Source of the DNA: an uncultured bacterium | GTDB lineage: Bacteria > Fidelibacterota > UBA2242 | DNA: 51,298 nucleotides | Direction: 5' to 3' | Assembly: GCA_964546145.1 (NCBI GenBank) | Contig: CAZJIU010000001.1 | Location: 23,132-74,429, forward strand | Shown: in pieces, positions 9,137 to 18,604 of the stretch | Layout: each line of letters starts with the position of its first letter | How positions within the stretch are numbered: the stretch's first letter is position 1 | Notes under the pieces: generated by a model | Told to the model about the DNA's origin: nothing | Databases searched by the model: none | Seen by the model: only the letters and a program-made list of their open reading frames with translations | Program-made: the position numbers and the translations under genes

Positions 9137-9315
9137 TGAGAAGTGTTGGAATTGTCATTTTAATTATTGGTCTTCTTCTTTTAATCCTTGATCCGACAAT
9201 TATTAGAATTATTGGGGTGGTAGGTGCAGCTTTTGGCCTTTTTGCCACTTTTGTGCCTGACAAAGCCAGTGAGCTGATCGGCAAGGTCAAACCAAAGAAA
9301 ACCGATAATGGATAG
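9136..9315 (+). CDS. Hypothetical small membrane protein (59 aa; 2 TM)
   Basis: ATG at 9136 follows a purine-rich stretch AAAGGGGTGGAAG. The product MRSVGIVILIIGLLLLILDPTIIRIIGVVGAAFGLFATFVP... has two hydrophobic helices and a basic tail. A weak hairpin (TGCTGG-N8-CCAGCA, about 9351-9370) follows. Confidence 0.45.
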   Translation: MRSVGIVILIIGLLLLILDPTIIRIIGVVGAAFGLFATFVPDKASELIGKVKPKKTDNG

Positions 9316-9523
9316 GATCTTATCTCCCTAATAGAAATTCTAGCTATTCAGTGCTGGGTAGATAACCAGCAGTATTAGTGTTTTCGGTATCGAAATAGAA
9401 TCCGGAGGATGCCCAATTTAGCATTGCATCTATTAGTTACCAGAACTATATTTCAGCCCTAATGATAGAATAATTAACAACTGATTAGAAGATTTTGTCA
9501 AGAGTCGGACCGCAAGTTGATTT

Positions 9524-9787
9524 ATGAACGAGATTGATAAATTTGATAACCTTTCGCGGTACGAAAAGGAGATGGCTATTCAAATTTCAGAAATGGAAAA
9601 ATATAAATATATCTGCAGTGAGCAAGCAGGCTGTGATATTGGGAAACGGGCTTATTTTGAGTGGACTTTGAAATACGGGCGGAAGGTTAGAGGGTGGCTC
9701 GAATCCCTTTCAGATGAGGAGGTTGCTAAGATCTTCGATTCAGTGCCTGATCGGATAAAACATTATATAATTCAAAAATCGCATTGA
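9524..9787 (+). CDS. Hypothetical small soluble protein (87 aa)
   Basis: ATG ORF predicted to be helical, with the segment KYKYICSEQAGCDIGKRAYFEWTLKYGRKVRGW. No family confidently recognised and no obvious SD sequence. Confidence 0.45.
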   Translation: MNEIDKFDNLSRYEKEMAIQISEMEKYKYICSEQAGCDIGKRAYFEWTLKYGRKVRGWLESLSDEEVAKIFDSVPDRIKHYIIQKSH

Positions 9788-9906
9788 CTATTAGCCTGAC
9801 TTTAATAAGCACTATCAATGCTAGTTGCATGCTTGGCAGAGAAACCAGTTTCTTTTTAACTACTTTATTAAGGTAAAATGATTAGTTCTTAAGAGGATTG
9901 TTGAAT

Positions 9907-11874
9907 ATGGAGAAATCAGTCCAGGTGAAGTTACCCGAGAATGCTCATCGGAAGCTCAAAAATGGTGAAACCTATACGCCGGTGATCCCGGATAATCTGA
10001 TTGTTCCTGAAGTAACTAGGTATTCGTTATTGTGGGGTTTGTTCTACGCTGTCATTTTTTCCATGGCAGCCGCCTATCTGGGACTAAAGATTGGGCAGGT
10101 CTTTGAGGCTGCTATTCCCATCGCAATCTTAGCCGCTGGCACCTCGGTGCTACTCAAGCGTAAAAATGCCCTTCAGGAAAATGTTATCATTCAGTCCATC
10201 GGCTCCTGCTCGGGGGTAATTGTGGCGGGTGCAATATTTACCATTCCGGGTTTGTATATTCTTGGACTGAATGCCAGCTATTTGCAGATCTTTTTGGCCT
10301 CACTGCTGGGTGGTTTTTTAGGCATCCTTTTTTTAATTCCTTTTCGCAAATTTTTTGTCAAAGATATGCACGGCGAATTTCCTTTCCCTGAAGCAACCGC
10401 TACCACAGAGGTCTTAGTCGTTGGTGAAGGTGGCGGGAATCAAGCTAAGGTGCTGGTATCAGCCGCATTGGTTGGCGGGTTTTATGATTTCTGTATTGCC
10501 AGCCTAGGATTTTGGAAAGAGGTTGTTTCAACTCAGGTTTTTAGGTGGGGAGCCTTTTTGGTGGATAAGTTCAAACTGGTACTCAAAATCAATATTGGCG
10601 CAGCAGTGACCGGTTTGGGATATATTATTGGATTGCGCTATTCGGCAATTATTGCAAGTGGCTCATTTCTGGCCTGGTGGGTGATTGTACCGGTGGTGAG
10701 TTTTGTGTCCAATCTTACTAATCAGACTCCGGATTCGATCTTTTTAGCTTATGTTAGACCAGTTGGAATTGGAGCAATTGCGGCAGCTGGAATCATTGGA
10801 ATCTTGAAATCTTCCAAAATTATCGTTGGTGCTTTCCAGCTGGCCGGGCGGGAATTATTTGGTAGCACCAAAAAGGATAAGAGTGAGGAGGTTACCAGAA
10901 CCCAGAAGGATATATCCATGAAGTGGGTTACTCTCATTCTGGTTGTCACCCTGATAGTAATATTTGCTTTTTTCCTGCTCAGTGTTAAGGTGACTCTTGG
11001 TCAGGCAATTGTTGGTTTGGCGATTGTGGCAATTATTGCCTTTTTATTTACTACTGTCGCAGCCCGCGCCATTGCGATTGTTGGTTCGAATCCCGTTTCC
11101 GGTATGACTTTGATGACCCTGATTCTGTCATCTATAATTTTAGTAAAATTCGGCTTGAGTGGCAATCAGGGAATGCTGGCGGCGCTCCTGATTGGCGGGG
11201 TAGTTTGCACGGCGCTATCAATGGCAGGCGGTTTTATTACCGATTTAAAAACTGGCTACTGGTTAGGAACGACTCCGATGAAACAGGAGAAATACAAATT
11301 TTTAGGAACCCTTTTTTCAGCCGCAGCTGTAGGATTAGTAATTTTACTGCTGAATAAGACCTATGGTTTTGGCGGCAGTTCGCCGCTCCAGGCGCCACAG
11401 GCATCAGCCATGGCCGCAGTTATCAAGCCGTTAATGACGGGTGTTAAGGCTCCCTGGCCGCTTTATCTGGCTGGGGTGTTTATGGCAATTATTCTGGAAA
11501 TTATCAAAGTCCCGCCGCTTGCTTTTGCGCTGGGTATGTATTTGCCGATTCAACTTAATACGCCGCTGCTGGTGGGGGGTATAGTTGCTCATCTTGTTTC
11601 AAAAAGTAGTAAAGATGAGGTTCTTGCCAAGGAGCGGACGGAGCGAGGTACTTTAATTGCTTCGGGATTTATTGCCGGAGGAGCGATTATGGGAGTCGTT
11701 GCGGCCTTAATTATTTTTGTTGGACAGAAGTTTTTGGGGGATGGCTGGAGTGTAATGAAGGGTATCGGCACGCTCAATTGGTCCGAATCTGCCGGGGGCG
11801 AAATCCTTGGTTTTGGTATGTATGTCATCCTGTGTATATATTTATATTGGGATTCCATTCGGATTAAAAAATAA
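9907..11874 (+). CDS. OPT-family oligopeptide transporter
   Basis: About 655-aa polytopic membrane protein with length and Gly/Ala-rich TM pattern typical of bacterial OPT transporters. ATG at 9907 lies 9 nt after AAGAGGA; the ORF is also open from a TTG at 9898. Confidence 0.8.
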   Translation: MEKSVQVKLPENAHRKLKNGETYTPVIPDNLIVPEVTRYSLLWGLFYAVIFSMAAAYLGLKIGQVFEAAIPIAILAAGTSVLLKRKNALQENVIIQSIGSCSGVIVAGAIFTIPGLYILGLNASYLQIFLASLLGGFLGILFLIPFRKFFVKDMHGEFPFPEATATTEVLVVGEGGGNQAKVLVSAALVGGFYDFCIASLGFWKEVVSTQVFRWGAFLVDKFKLVLKINIGAAVTGLGYIIGLRYSAIIASGSFLAWWVIVPVVSFVSNLTNQTPDSIFLAYVRPVGIGAIAAAGIIGILKSSKIIVGAFQLAGRELFGSTKKDKSEEVTRTQKDISMKWVTLILVVTLIVIFAFFLLSVKVTLGQAIVGLAIVAIIAFLFTTVAARAIAIVGSNPVSGMTLMTLILSSIILVKFGLSGNQGMLAALLIGGVVCTALSMAGGFITDLKTGYWLGTTPMKQEKYKFLGTLFSAAAVGLVILLLNKTYGFGGSSPLQAPQASAMAAVIKPLMTGVKAPWPLYLAGVFMAIILEIIKVPPLAFALGMYLPIQLNTPLLVGGIVAHLVSKSSKDEVLAKERTERGTLIASGFIAGGAIMGVVAALIIFVGQKFLGDGWSVMKGIGTLNWSESAGGEILGFGMYVILCIYLYWDSIRIKK

Positions 11875-11943
11875 TTGTATTCCAGCGCACAAATATTCAC
11901 CGAAAATTTCTATATTATAGTAAAAAAAAGGATTAGGTAAAAA

Positions 11944-13014
11944 ATGAAGCAATCAACTCGAACGAAAGTCGGTTTGTTAATGCTGCTGATTTTTATCTCA
12001 GCCTGTGAGATTGCCGAAGAAAAGCAGGATACCGGGCTGGTGGGGATTTGGCATCGAGTGTATACGACAATTGATGGAGTATCCTATGGTCTTGCAGCGA
12101 CTGTCTACTTGAATTCGGATGGGACCGGAATGAGTGATGAAATTTTAGCGCCGGGGAATGAGGAGTATTTCCACTTCAATTTTTCCTGGGAAACAGCCGA
12201 CAGTATCATTACAGTCAAAGATGAAAATGACAGTACGGTATGGACAGCGCAATATTTGTTACGGGGAGACCAAAAAGTTGTCAAATTCAGCGGCTCATCG
12301 GGTGATCGTAGCAGTGAGGAGTTGTATGTGAAATATTCCGGTGACAAGGATGTCAATCTTGTCGGGAATTGGGTTTTGGCTAAGCAGACTATTGATGCTG
12401 AACGGGCGTATAAACTGCAGCTGACGAAATTCTTTACCGATGGTACTGGAGAGACCTATTCAATAGGCGCATATCAGATTAATGATCTTTTTGATTTGCA
12501 ATATGATACTACTCAAGATTTTGAGACCTTTGACTGGTCAACGACCGCCGATTATGTAATTATTACTCCTAATCAAGGAAGCCAGCCCAACCGGATAGCC
12601 CGGTATGTTATCGCTAATGAACAACTGGATGCCACTATCATTAACGAGAGTTCTGAGATAGAAGCGTACATGTTCATTAGAGATAATGGTGGCATAGATG
12701 AAGCCTGTCTGGGGACCTGGAGCCTCAGCTCGGTGAAAGTCGGAGATTTTTCTCCTTATAACCTTTCGGGCTTTACTCTGGAACTAAATGAGGACAGCAC
12801 GGGTGTGTGGACATATGGATCAAAGGGCGGAGAATTTCAATGGTCGGCAAATGGTGGTTATATCTTTATCTATGTAAAGCAGTTGGATAATTTCCTGAAT
12901 ATTGCTCTGGTGCAGAGCTATCAGATAGACGCTCAAGGTCTAAAGCAAGCCCTTGAGGAATTTCGTGGTGATGTTTGGATCAGAGTAGAATATACTTTTT
13001 TAAAAACCGGGTAG
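11944..13014 (+). CDS. Lipoprotein with three lipocalin-like internal repeats
   Basis: Signal peptide with lipobox LIFISAC. There are three ~110-aa repeats, each with GxW (LVGIW, LVGNW, CLGTW), then (S/T)DGTG / DSTG, then F-x-W-S...(I/V)I. An AAGGA-containing purine run precedes the ATG. Confidence 0.7.
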   Translation: MKQSTRTKVGLLMLLIFISACEIAEEKQDTGLVGIWHRVYTTIDGVSYGLAATVYLNSDGTGMSDEILAPGNEEYFHFNFSWETADSIITVKDENDSTVWTAQYLLRGDQKVVKFSGSSGDRSSEELYVKYSGDKDVNLVGNWVLAKQTIDAERAYKLQLTKFFTDGTGETYSIGAYQINDLFDLQYDTTQDFETFDWSTTADYVIITPNQGSQPNRIARYVIANEQLDATIINESSEIEAYMFIRDNGGIDEACLGTWSLSSVKVGDFSPYNLSGFTLELNEDSTGVWTYGSKGGEFQWSANGGYIFIYVKQLDNFLNIALVQSYQIDAQGLKQALEEFRGDVWIRVEYTFLKTG

Positions 13015-13068
13015 TACTTTTTACAAAATTAATCTAGGCTGTTACAGTTATTTTCGAAGACGGACGCC

Positions 13069-13467
13069 TTAATTGTCTTTAGCCCCCTCATTGATCCAAT
13101 CTTCAATTTGATTGATCTGAGTTGAGTTTAGTGGATTTAAACCATAAGGCATTCGTCCGCTGAGGACGCTCTGTTCTTCGGACGGTTTGGATACAGCTTC
13201 ATATAACAGGCTATGATCAGCATCACCGGGTACTACTACTGGTCCATTATTGCTGGTGCCCGCCATTAATGAGGTGTAGCTGGAGAGGTTTAGATTACCC
13301 GTAGAGGCGTCCTCACTAATGTGGCATGGGCTACAATACGTCTTGAAGATTGGCTCGGTATCGTGGGCGTAACTGACATAATATGTCTCATTTGAGCTAC
13401 AGCTGATAATCAAAATAACGGTTCCAATTATACAGCCCAGAAAAGTCAAGGATAATATGTACTTCAT
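13069..13467 (-). CDS. Small lipoprotein with a Planctomycete-type cytochrome c (PSCyt1-like) domain, CxxCH
   Basis: Lipobox LIISCSS. Contains PIFKTYCSPCH (CxxCH) ...VVPGDADHSLLY...RMPYG...QINQIEDWINEGA, which matches the PSCyt1 pattern. ATG at 13467 lies 6 nt after GGAGAA; a GTG at 13479 is the alternative start. Confidence 0.65.
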   Translation of the reverse strand: MKYILSLTFLGCIIGTVILIISCSSNETYYVSYAHDTEPIFKTYCSPCHISEDASTGNLNLSSYTSLMAGTSNNGPVVVPGDADHSLLYEAVSKPSEEQSVLSGRMPYGLNPLNSTQINQIEDWINEGAKDN

Positions 13468-13481
13468 TGGGTTCTCCACAT

Positions 13482-14399
13482 TTATAAAAGTTGGGTTATA
13501 CTGAAAGATGATATGGTGCCGGTGTCTCCCAGTCCGACGAATGCCAGGTCAAAATAGATTTTTCTTAGGTTTATACCAATACCAATAGATGAAGAGGCAA
13601 AGAAATTTTTAAGAGTTTCCTGGCCACGGATTTGAAAATGTCTGGTTGAGCTGCCCCAGCGCAGGAAAAAATAGTTACCGAGTAAAAATTCGCCACCAAT
13701 TTTAGCCACATACTCAGCTTGGTATGCTTCGTGGGCATCAATTGATAGAATCATTGGCAGGTGCTCGAGTTTTTTAGAAATTCCAATCATAACCGTCGCT
13801 GGTACCCCCTCTTCGTCATTGGCGTAACCCTGCAGCAAAGTGCCAAAGTTATGGTAGCTAATCCCGATTGCCAGATTGTTGATTTCATCAAAATAATGTA
13901 ACCCAAAAGAACCCAGCAGGGCTTTTGCGGTCAGAGCGTCCAGATTAGATTGGACATAACCGCAGGAAGCTCCGATACTGAGCCGGTGCGTAAGCTGAAA
14001 ACCATAACTGAGTCGGAATGCCAGGTCATTGACTGAAAACGAACCTGTTTCACTACCGCTATAGTCTCTCTCGGTAAAAGAGCCGTAGTCAAGATATTGC
14101 ATTAGTAGACCAATCTTGCCTTTTACGGGTGCTTTAAGAATGATGAAGCTGGTAGTGGAATAGATATCTACTACAAAATTTGTGTAATTAAGCTGCCAGA
14201 GATCAGGTGAAAGCGGCAGAGTTGCGGGATTATATAGCAGTCCCGAGCCGCTGTTAAATTGGCTGGTGGTTGCTGAACCCATTCCCCAGCCCCGGGCATT
14301 GATGGGATGATTTAAGCCTTGGAAAAGTGCCTGTCCGCGACCCGGGCGATTGGTAGAGATAAGTAAAATAATTGTCAGAAGGATGGCAGTTTTTTTCAT
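13482..14399 (-). CDS. Outer-membrane beta-barrel protein, PorV/PorQ-like
   Basis: Signal peptide, then the N-terminal motif NARGWGMGSATTS...GLLYNPATL, alternating beta-strand-like sequence, and an aromatic C-terminus (SFSITQLL). The start overlaps the upstream stop as ATGA. Confidence 0.55.
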   Translation of the reverse strand: MKKTAILLTIILLISTNRPGRGQALFQGLNHPINARGWGMGSATTSQFNSGSGLLYNPATLPLSPDLWQLNYTNFVVDIYSTTSFIILKAPVKGKIGLLMQYLDYGSFTERDYSGSETGSFSVNDLAFRLSYGFQLTHRLSIGASCGYVQSNLDALTAKALLGSFGLHYFDEINNLAIGISYHNFGTLLQGYANDEEGVPATVMIGISKKLEHLPMILSIDAHEAYQAEYVAKIGGEFLLGNYFFLRWGSSTRHFQIRGQETLKNFFASSSIGIGINLRKIYFDLAFVGLGDTGTISSFSITQLL

Positions 14400-15292
14400 T
14401 TAGTCTGACTGACGATTTCTTCGTTATTCCACTTTTGGATGATTGTTTTGTTCCGGGCAACCTTGATAAAATAGACAAATACGGCCAACAATGGTAAAAT
14501 TAACCAAATCATATTCTGAATGTCCAGGAGAAATATCCAACGATAGCGTTTTAAGATATATTTCTGCCAGAAAGAATCTAATTCGCCGAGTCCGATGCCA
14601 GTGGTCAGGAATAGACTCTGTTCGAAACTCCTGTTCTCAGATAATTTCTGAAAGAGGTTATGTAACACGCCAAAGCCGTAAACTTGGATCAGAAACTCAA
14701 TCACTGTTGTGCTTTCGATATAGGCCAAACTGGCTTGCTGGCGATTATACTTCAGAAAATCGGATAGTTCCGTTAGTGGTATAATTCTGTTTTGGGCAAT
14801 TGCCCGGGAGAGTAGAATACGGTCGGTTAAGTTAGACTCACCGGTCAAATAAACCGCGATCCCTTCGTTAAGCCAGGTAGGTGTGAGATTTAGTGGTACG
14901 ACACTCCCCTGCCGTAGATGAACCAGTTCGTGGCGTACAGCCTGGCGGTATTCTCGCAGAGTCAACTGGTTTAAGTCCGGGGTTTTAATCAGGACAATTT
15001 TCTGGGGGAAAAGCGTAACGGCATTAGCCCAATTGGGCAACAGCGAGGCGGTTTCTTGCAAAAAGTCGTCTTGTGAATTGAATATTCTGAACTTTATTGG
15101 CTCGTGATCAGGACCAAAAACCTCGGTGTATTCAGGATTAGCTGCCTGCAGAACATTGAGGGTATAACGAGCAAGCTGCCGGGAAGATTTGGGATAAGTA
15201 ATCTCTATATCTCCTTCAATCAAGTGCAGATCACTTGCCTGAAGGATGATCAACATTCCTAAAATAAAAATGATGAGATTGTTTAATTTCAC
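14396..15292 (-). CDS. Peptidase-MA-like (gluzincin HEXXH...E) membrane-anchored protein
   Basis: VRHELVHL (HEXXH) followed by TWLNEGIAVY, with the third-ligand Glu about 18 residues after the second His. N-terminal signal/anchor and a C-terminal TM segment (IWLILPLLAVFVYFI). The GTG start overlaps the priA stop (GTGA). Confidence 0.65.
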   Translation of the reverse strand: MKLNNLIIFILGMLIILQASDLHLIEGDIEITYPKSSRQLARYTLNVLQAANPEYTEVFGPDHEPIKFRIFNSQDDFLQETASLLPNWANAVTLFPQKIVLIKTPDLNQLTLREYRQAVRHELVHLRQGSVVPLNLTPTWLNEGIAVYLTGESNLTDRILLSRAIAQNRIIPLTELSDFLKYNRQQASLAYIESTTVIEFLIQVYGFGVLHNLFQKLSENRSFEQSLFLTTGIGLGELDSFWQKYILKRYRWIFLLDIQNMIWLILPLLAVFVYFIKVARNKTIIQKWNNEEIVSQTK

Positions 15293-17733
15293 AGTAAGTC
15301 CAAAGGATCAATCTCGATTGAGACTTGAGCCTGGCGAGAAATTTTATTATATGTTTCGGAAGAGAGGAAGTTGGATAATATATTTCGCAGATGGGTACCG
15401 TTAGGATCGGTCTCTTTCCGGGATTTGATGATCATCATGTAGCGATAACGGTTCCTGATTTTACTTAATGGTGCTGGCGTTGGACCCAGTATTTCCGTTT
15501 TCTTGTGCCGGGGTTGTAGGTACTGAACAACTTGCTGGGCAGCATCAACGACATGAGTAAGATTAGTATCAGATACTAAAATAACGGCTAAGCGACTGAA
15601 AGGTGGATAATTGAGTGGATTGCGTTCGTTAAGTTCAAGAGCGGCAAACTTTGGCAAATTTTGCTGGATGGCACAGCGTATAGTTGTGTCCTTGGGATTG
15701 AAGGTTTGTACGACAATTTCACCCTGGATTTCTCCCCGACCGGCTCGACCGGCAACCTGATAGAGTAACTGAAATACCCGTTCCCGAGCCCGGAAATCGG
15801 GCATAAATAAACCAATGTCAGCATTCAATACCCCCACCAGCGTGACCTTCGGGAAATCGAGCCCTTTGGCAATCATCTGAGTACCGAGCATTATTTGAAT
15901 CACGCCCTTTTCGAATTTTTCCATGACTTTTTGGGTAAATCCCTGCCGTCGAGTACTGTCTAAATCCATGCGGACAATCTCACTGTTTGGGAACTTTTCC
16001 CGCAGGAAAGACTCGACTCGCTGAGTGCCATAACCGGGATATAAAAAGTGAGTGGACTGGCACCTCGGGCAGCTATGCGGCGGTAATTCGGATAAATTGC
16101 AGTAGTGACATAACATTTGCGAAGTGCTTTTATGATAGGTTAAAGTAATGTCGCAATTGCGGCAGCGAGGTGTCCAACCGCAATCCGGGCAGAGGATAAT
16201 GGGGGAGTAACCCCGCCGATTCTGCAGCAGGATAACCTGTTCTCCCAGTTCTAACTTTTCTCGAATCTTTTTTAACAATAAGGCCGACACGGGGACATTG
16301 TATTCTCCAGTTTTTTGCCACTCTTCTTTCATATCTACAACGTGAATTGTGGCCGTTGGTGCCTCAGAATAACGACTAGTCAGTTCGACCTTAGTGTATT
16401 TGCCGGTAGCAACGTTATAAAGGCTTTCAAGACTTGGGGTTGCCGAGCCCAGTACGACCGTCGCCTGACACTCCATCGCGCGGAGCAGGGCAGCATCCCG
16501 GGCATTGTACCGCGGCTCAGCTTCTTGTTGTTTGAATGAATTATCCTGTTCTTCATCAATAATAATCAGGAGCAGGTCCGGCAGGGGAAGCAAGATTGCA
16601 CTACGTGCCCCGATGATGACCGGGTAGTTGCCGGCGCGAATATCTTTCCACAGCACATTGCGCTGGACATGACTTAAGCCGCTATGCCAGATGGCAATTT
16701 TATCGTGGAATTCCCCTCGAAAACGGCTGGCGAGATGCGTGGTCAGGGTAATTTCAGGAACCAGTACAAGGACACGCCCTCCCTCGGCAATGACCGCGTG
16801 GATCAACTTTAAATACACTTCTGTTTTTCCGCTGCCGGTCACTCCCTGGATTAAAAAAGTTGTATATTTTCGGCTGCGGATTCCTTTTAGGATTGTGTCA
16901 AAGGCTTGATTCTGTTCAGTAGTCAACTGAATCTGTTTTTCTTTGAGATGGAAACTTTTCCAGAACTGCTCCACTGTCCTGTCGGTTACCGTAATCGAGA
17001 TGTAGCCTTTGGTGTGCAGGGACTTGATTGCGGCAGCTGAAAAGCGAGTCAATTCAGTATTGGAAATTAACCGGTTTTTAAGCAGGTGGTTGATTATTTC
17101 CCCCTGACGCGGGGCCTTTTTGAGTAGTGTCTGAATTTCGAGCAAGCGATTTTCAATACCTGGTGCAAGATTGATCGTTTTTTCCAAATTACGGCGTTTT
17201 TCAGTGGCTTTAAAAATTGGTGTTTCGGTAATTAGCTTCAGCCTCTTGAGTTCCGTGATACCTTTTATTAGTACTGGTCGTTGATATTTAGCGGTCAGGC
17301 TCGATAGCAAGATTGAACCCTTTGCAGCGATTCGATGATAAAGGTCAGCATATGGTTCGGGAAGATTGTCAGGTTGGATATCCGTAACCATAAGTCGCCG
17401 TTTTTTATGGAGCTGATATTCTCGTGGGATCGCTGCAGCTAATGCCTTGCCAACCGGAGCTAAGTAGTAGTGTGCTAGTCTTAATAGAAAGCGAAACAGT
17501 TCATCCGGTATCAGTGGTTCTGGATCAAGAATTTCGTAAAGGTCTTTCAGTGCAACCGTTTTTGGCGGAATGTTAGTAAAATTGATGACAAAGCCAATTG
17601 CCCGGTCATTCCGCAGCGGGGCTACTACCCGTTGGCCAGGAAAGGCGGGTAAAGCATAATCCGGAGGTAGCCGATAAGTAAATTCCCTCCTCGGTATTGA
17701 TGGAAACACAATGTTAACGAATGTGTCTGCCAT
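15289..17733 (-). CDS. priA: Primosomal protein N' / replication restart helicase PriA
   Basis: 814 aa with Walker A GVTGSGKTEVY, a DEEQD box (IIIDEEQD), and the Cys-rich zinc region CPDCG...CRNC...CHYC...CPRC. Confidence 0.95.
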   Translation of the reverse strand: MADTFVNIVFPSIPRREFTYRLPPDYALPAFPGQRVVAPLRNDRAIGFVINFTNIPPKTVALKDLYEILDPEPLIPDELFRFLLRLAHYYLAPVGKALAAAIPREYQLHKKRRLMVTDIQPDNLPEPYADLYHRIAAKGSILLSSLTAKYQRPVLIKGITELKRLKLITETPIFKATEKRRNLEKTINLAPGIENRLLEIQTLLKKAPRQGEIINHLLKNRLISNTELTRFSAAAIKSLHTKGYISITVTDRTVEQFWKSFHLKEKQIQLTTEQNQAFDTILKGIRSRKYTTFLIQGVTGSGKTEVYLKLIHAVIAEGGRVLVLVPEITLTTHLASRFRGEFHDKIAIWHSGLSHVQRNVLWKDIRAGNYPVIIGARSAILLPLPDLLLIIIDEEQDNSFKQQEAEPRYNARDAALLRAMECQATVVLGSATPSLESLYNVATGKYTKVELTSRYSEAPTATIHVVDMKEEWQKTGEYNVPVSALLLKKIREKLELGEQVILLQNRRGYSPIILCPDCGWTPRCRNCDITLTYHKSTSQMLCHYCNLSELPPHSCPRCQSTHFLYPGYGTQRVESFLREKFPNSEIVRMDLDSTRRQGFTQKVMEKFEKGVIQIMLGTQMIAKGLDFPKVTLVGVLNADIGLFMPDFRARERVFQLLYQVAGRAGRGEIQGEIVVQTFNPKDTTIRCAIQQNLPKFAALELNERNPLNYPPFSRLAVILVSDTNLTHVVDAAQQVVQYLQPRHKKTEILGPTPAPLSKIRNRYRYMMIIKSRKETDPNGTHLRNILSNFLSSETYNKISRQAQVSIEIDPLDLL

Positions 17734-17865
17734 ATCGTTTCAAATATACTCCGAAACAGCCCAATTCACAAGTTCCGTAGTGACAACAGCCAAAAGGAAT
17801 TTTGCGAAATGTGGGCGAATTAACTTGGTGTTAAGGGTGTTAAAATAGGAAAGGGAGAATTGATA

Positions 17866-18309
17866 TTAGGCTTTAATAACCCAGAGTTTGATAGTAGCCG
17901 TAACCTCAGAGTGAAGTTTGACAGGAATGTCAAAAATACCCAGAGCTTTGATTGGCTCATCTAGTAATATCTGGTGTTTATCGATTTCATACCCTTTCTC
18001 TTTTAATTGGAGGGCGATTTCCTGCGAAGTGACCGAGCCAAATACTCGATCTTCTTCACCCACCTGAACCGGGATTGTCAGAGAGAGAGTTGTTAACTTA
18101 TCAGCCAGCTTCTGGGCAGTTTTCAGTTCTTTATCTTTTTTCAATTCTTTGCGCCGGTTAATTTCCTGTAATCGTTTGATATTGTTCTGGTCGGCTTTGA
18201 GAGCCAATCCTTTAGGAATTAAGAAATTGCGGGCGAAGCCATCTTTGACTTCCAGTTCCGCTCCGCTTTTTCCTAGTCCTTCATGGTCCTGAAGTAAAAT
18301 AACACGCAC
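17866..18309 (-). CDS. rplI: 50S ribosomal protein L9
   Basis: MRVILLQDHEGLGKSGAELEVKDGFARNFLIPKGLA is the typical L9 N-terminus. GTG start 6 nt after GAGGAG. Confidence 0.95.
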   Translation of the reverse strand: MRVILLQDHEGLGKSGAELEVKDGFARNFLIPKGLALKADQNNIKRLQEINRRKELKKDKELKTAQKLADKLTTLSLTIPVQVGEEDRVFGSVTSQEIALQLKEKGYEIDKHQILLDEPIKALGIFDIPVKLHSEVTATIKLWVIKA

Positions 18310-18335
18310 GGTGATCTCCTCTATCTCAAATAAGC

Positions 18336-18566
18336 TTAACTTTGGGTAACATCGAAGGCATAGGGTAACAAGGCAATGTTGCGAGCTCGTTTGATGGCTT
18401 TGGTCAGTTCGCGCTGATGTTTAGAGCAGGTTCCGGTAATTCGGCTCGGGATAATCTTACCTTGTTCAGTGACAAAGCGCCGTAGCATTTTGTAATTTTT
18501 GTAGTCAATCTTTTCACTAGGATTTTCACAAAATTTGCAGATTTTCTTCTTGCTAATAATCGCCAT
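18336..18566 (-). CDS. rpsR: 30S ribosomal protein S18
   Basis: 76 aa with [43 protein letters not shown], the canonical S18 core. Confidence 0.95.
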   Translation of the reverse strand: MAIISKKKICKFCENPSEKIDYKNYKMLRRFVTEQGKIIPSRITGTCSKHQRELTKAIKRARNIALLPYAFDVTQS

Positions 18567-18604
18567 ATAAATTCCTTTCTATCGTTAATAACAAAACGAT
18601 CTGG

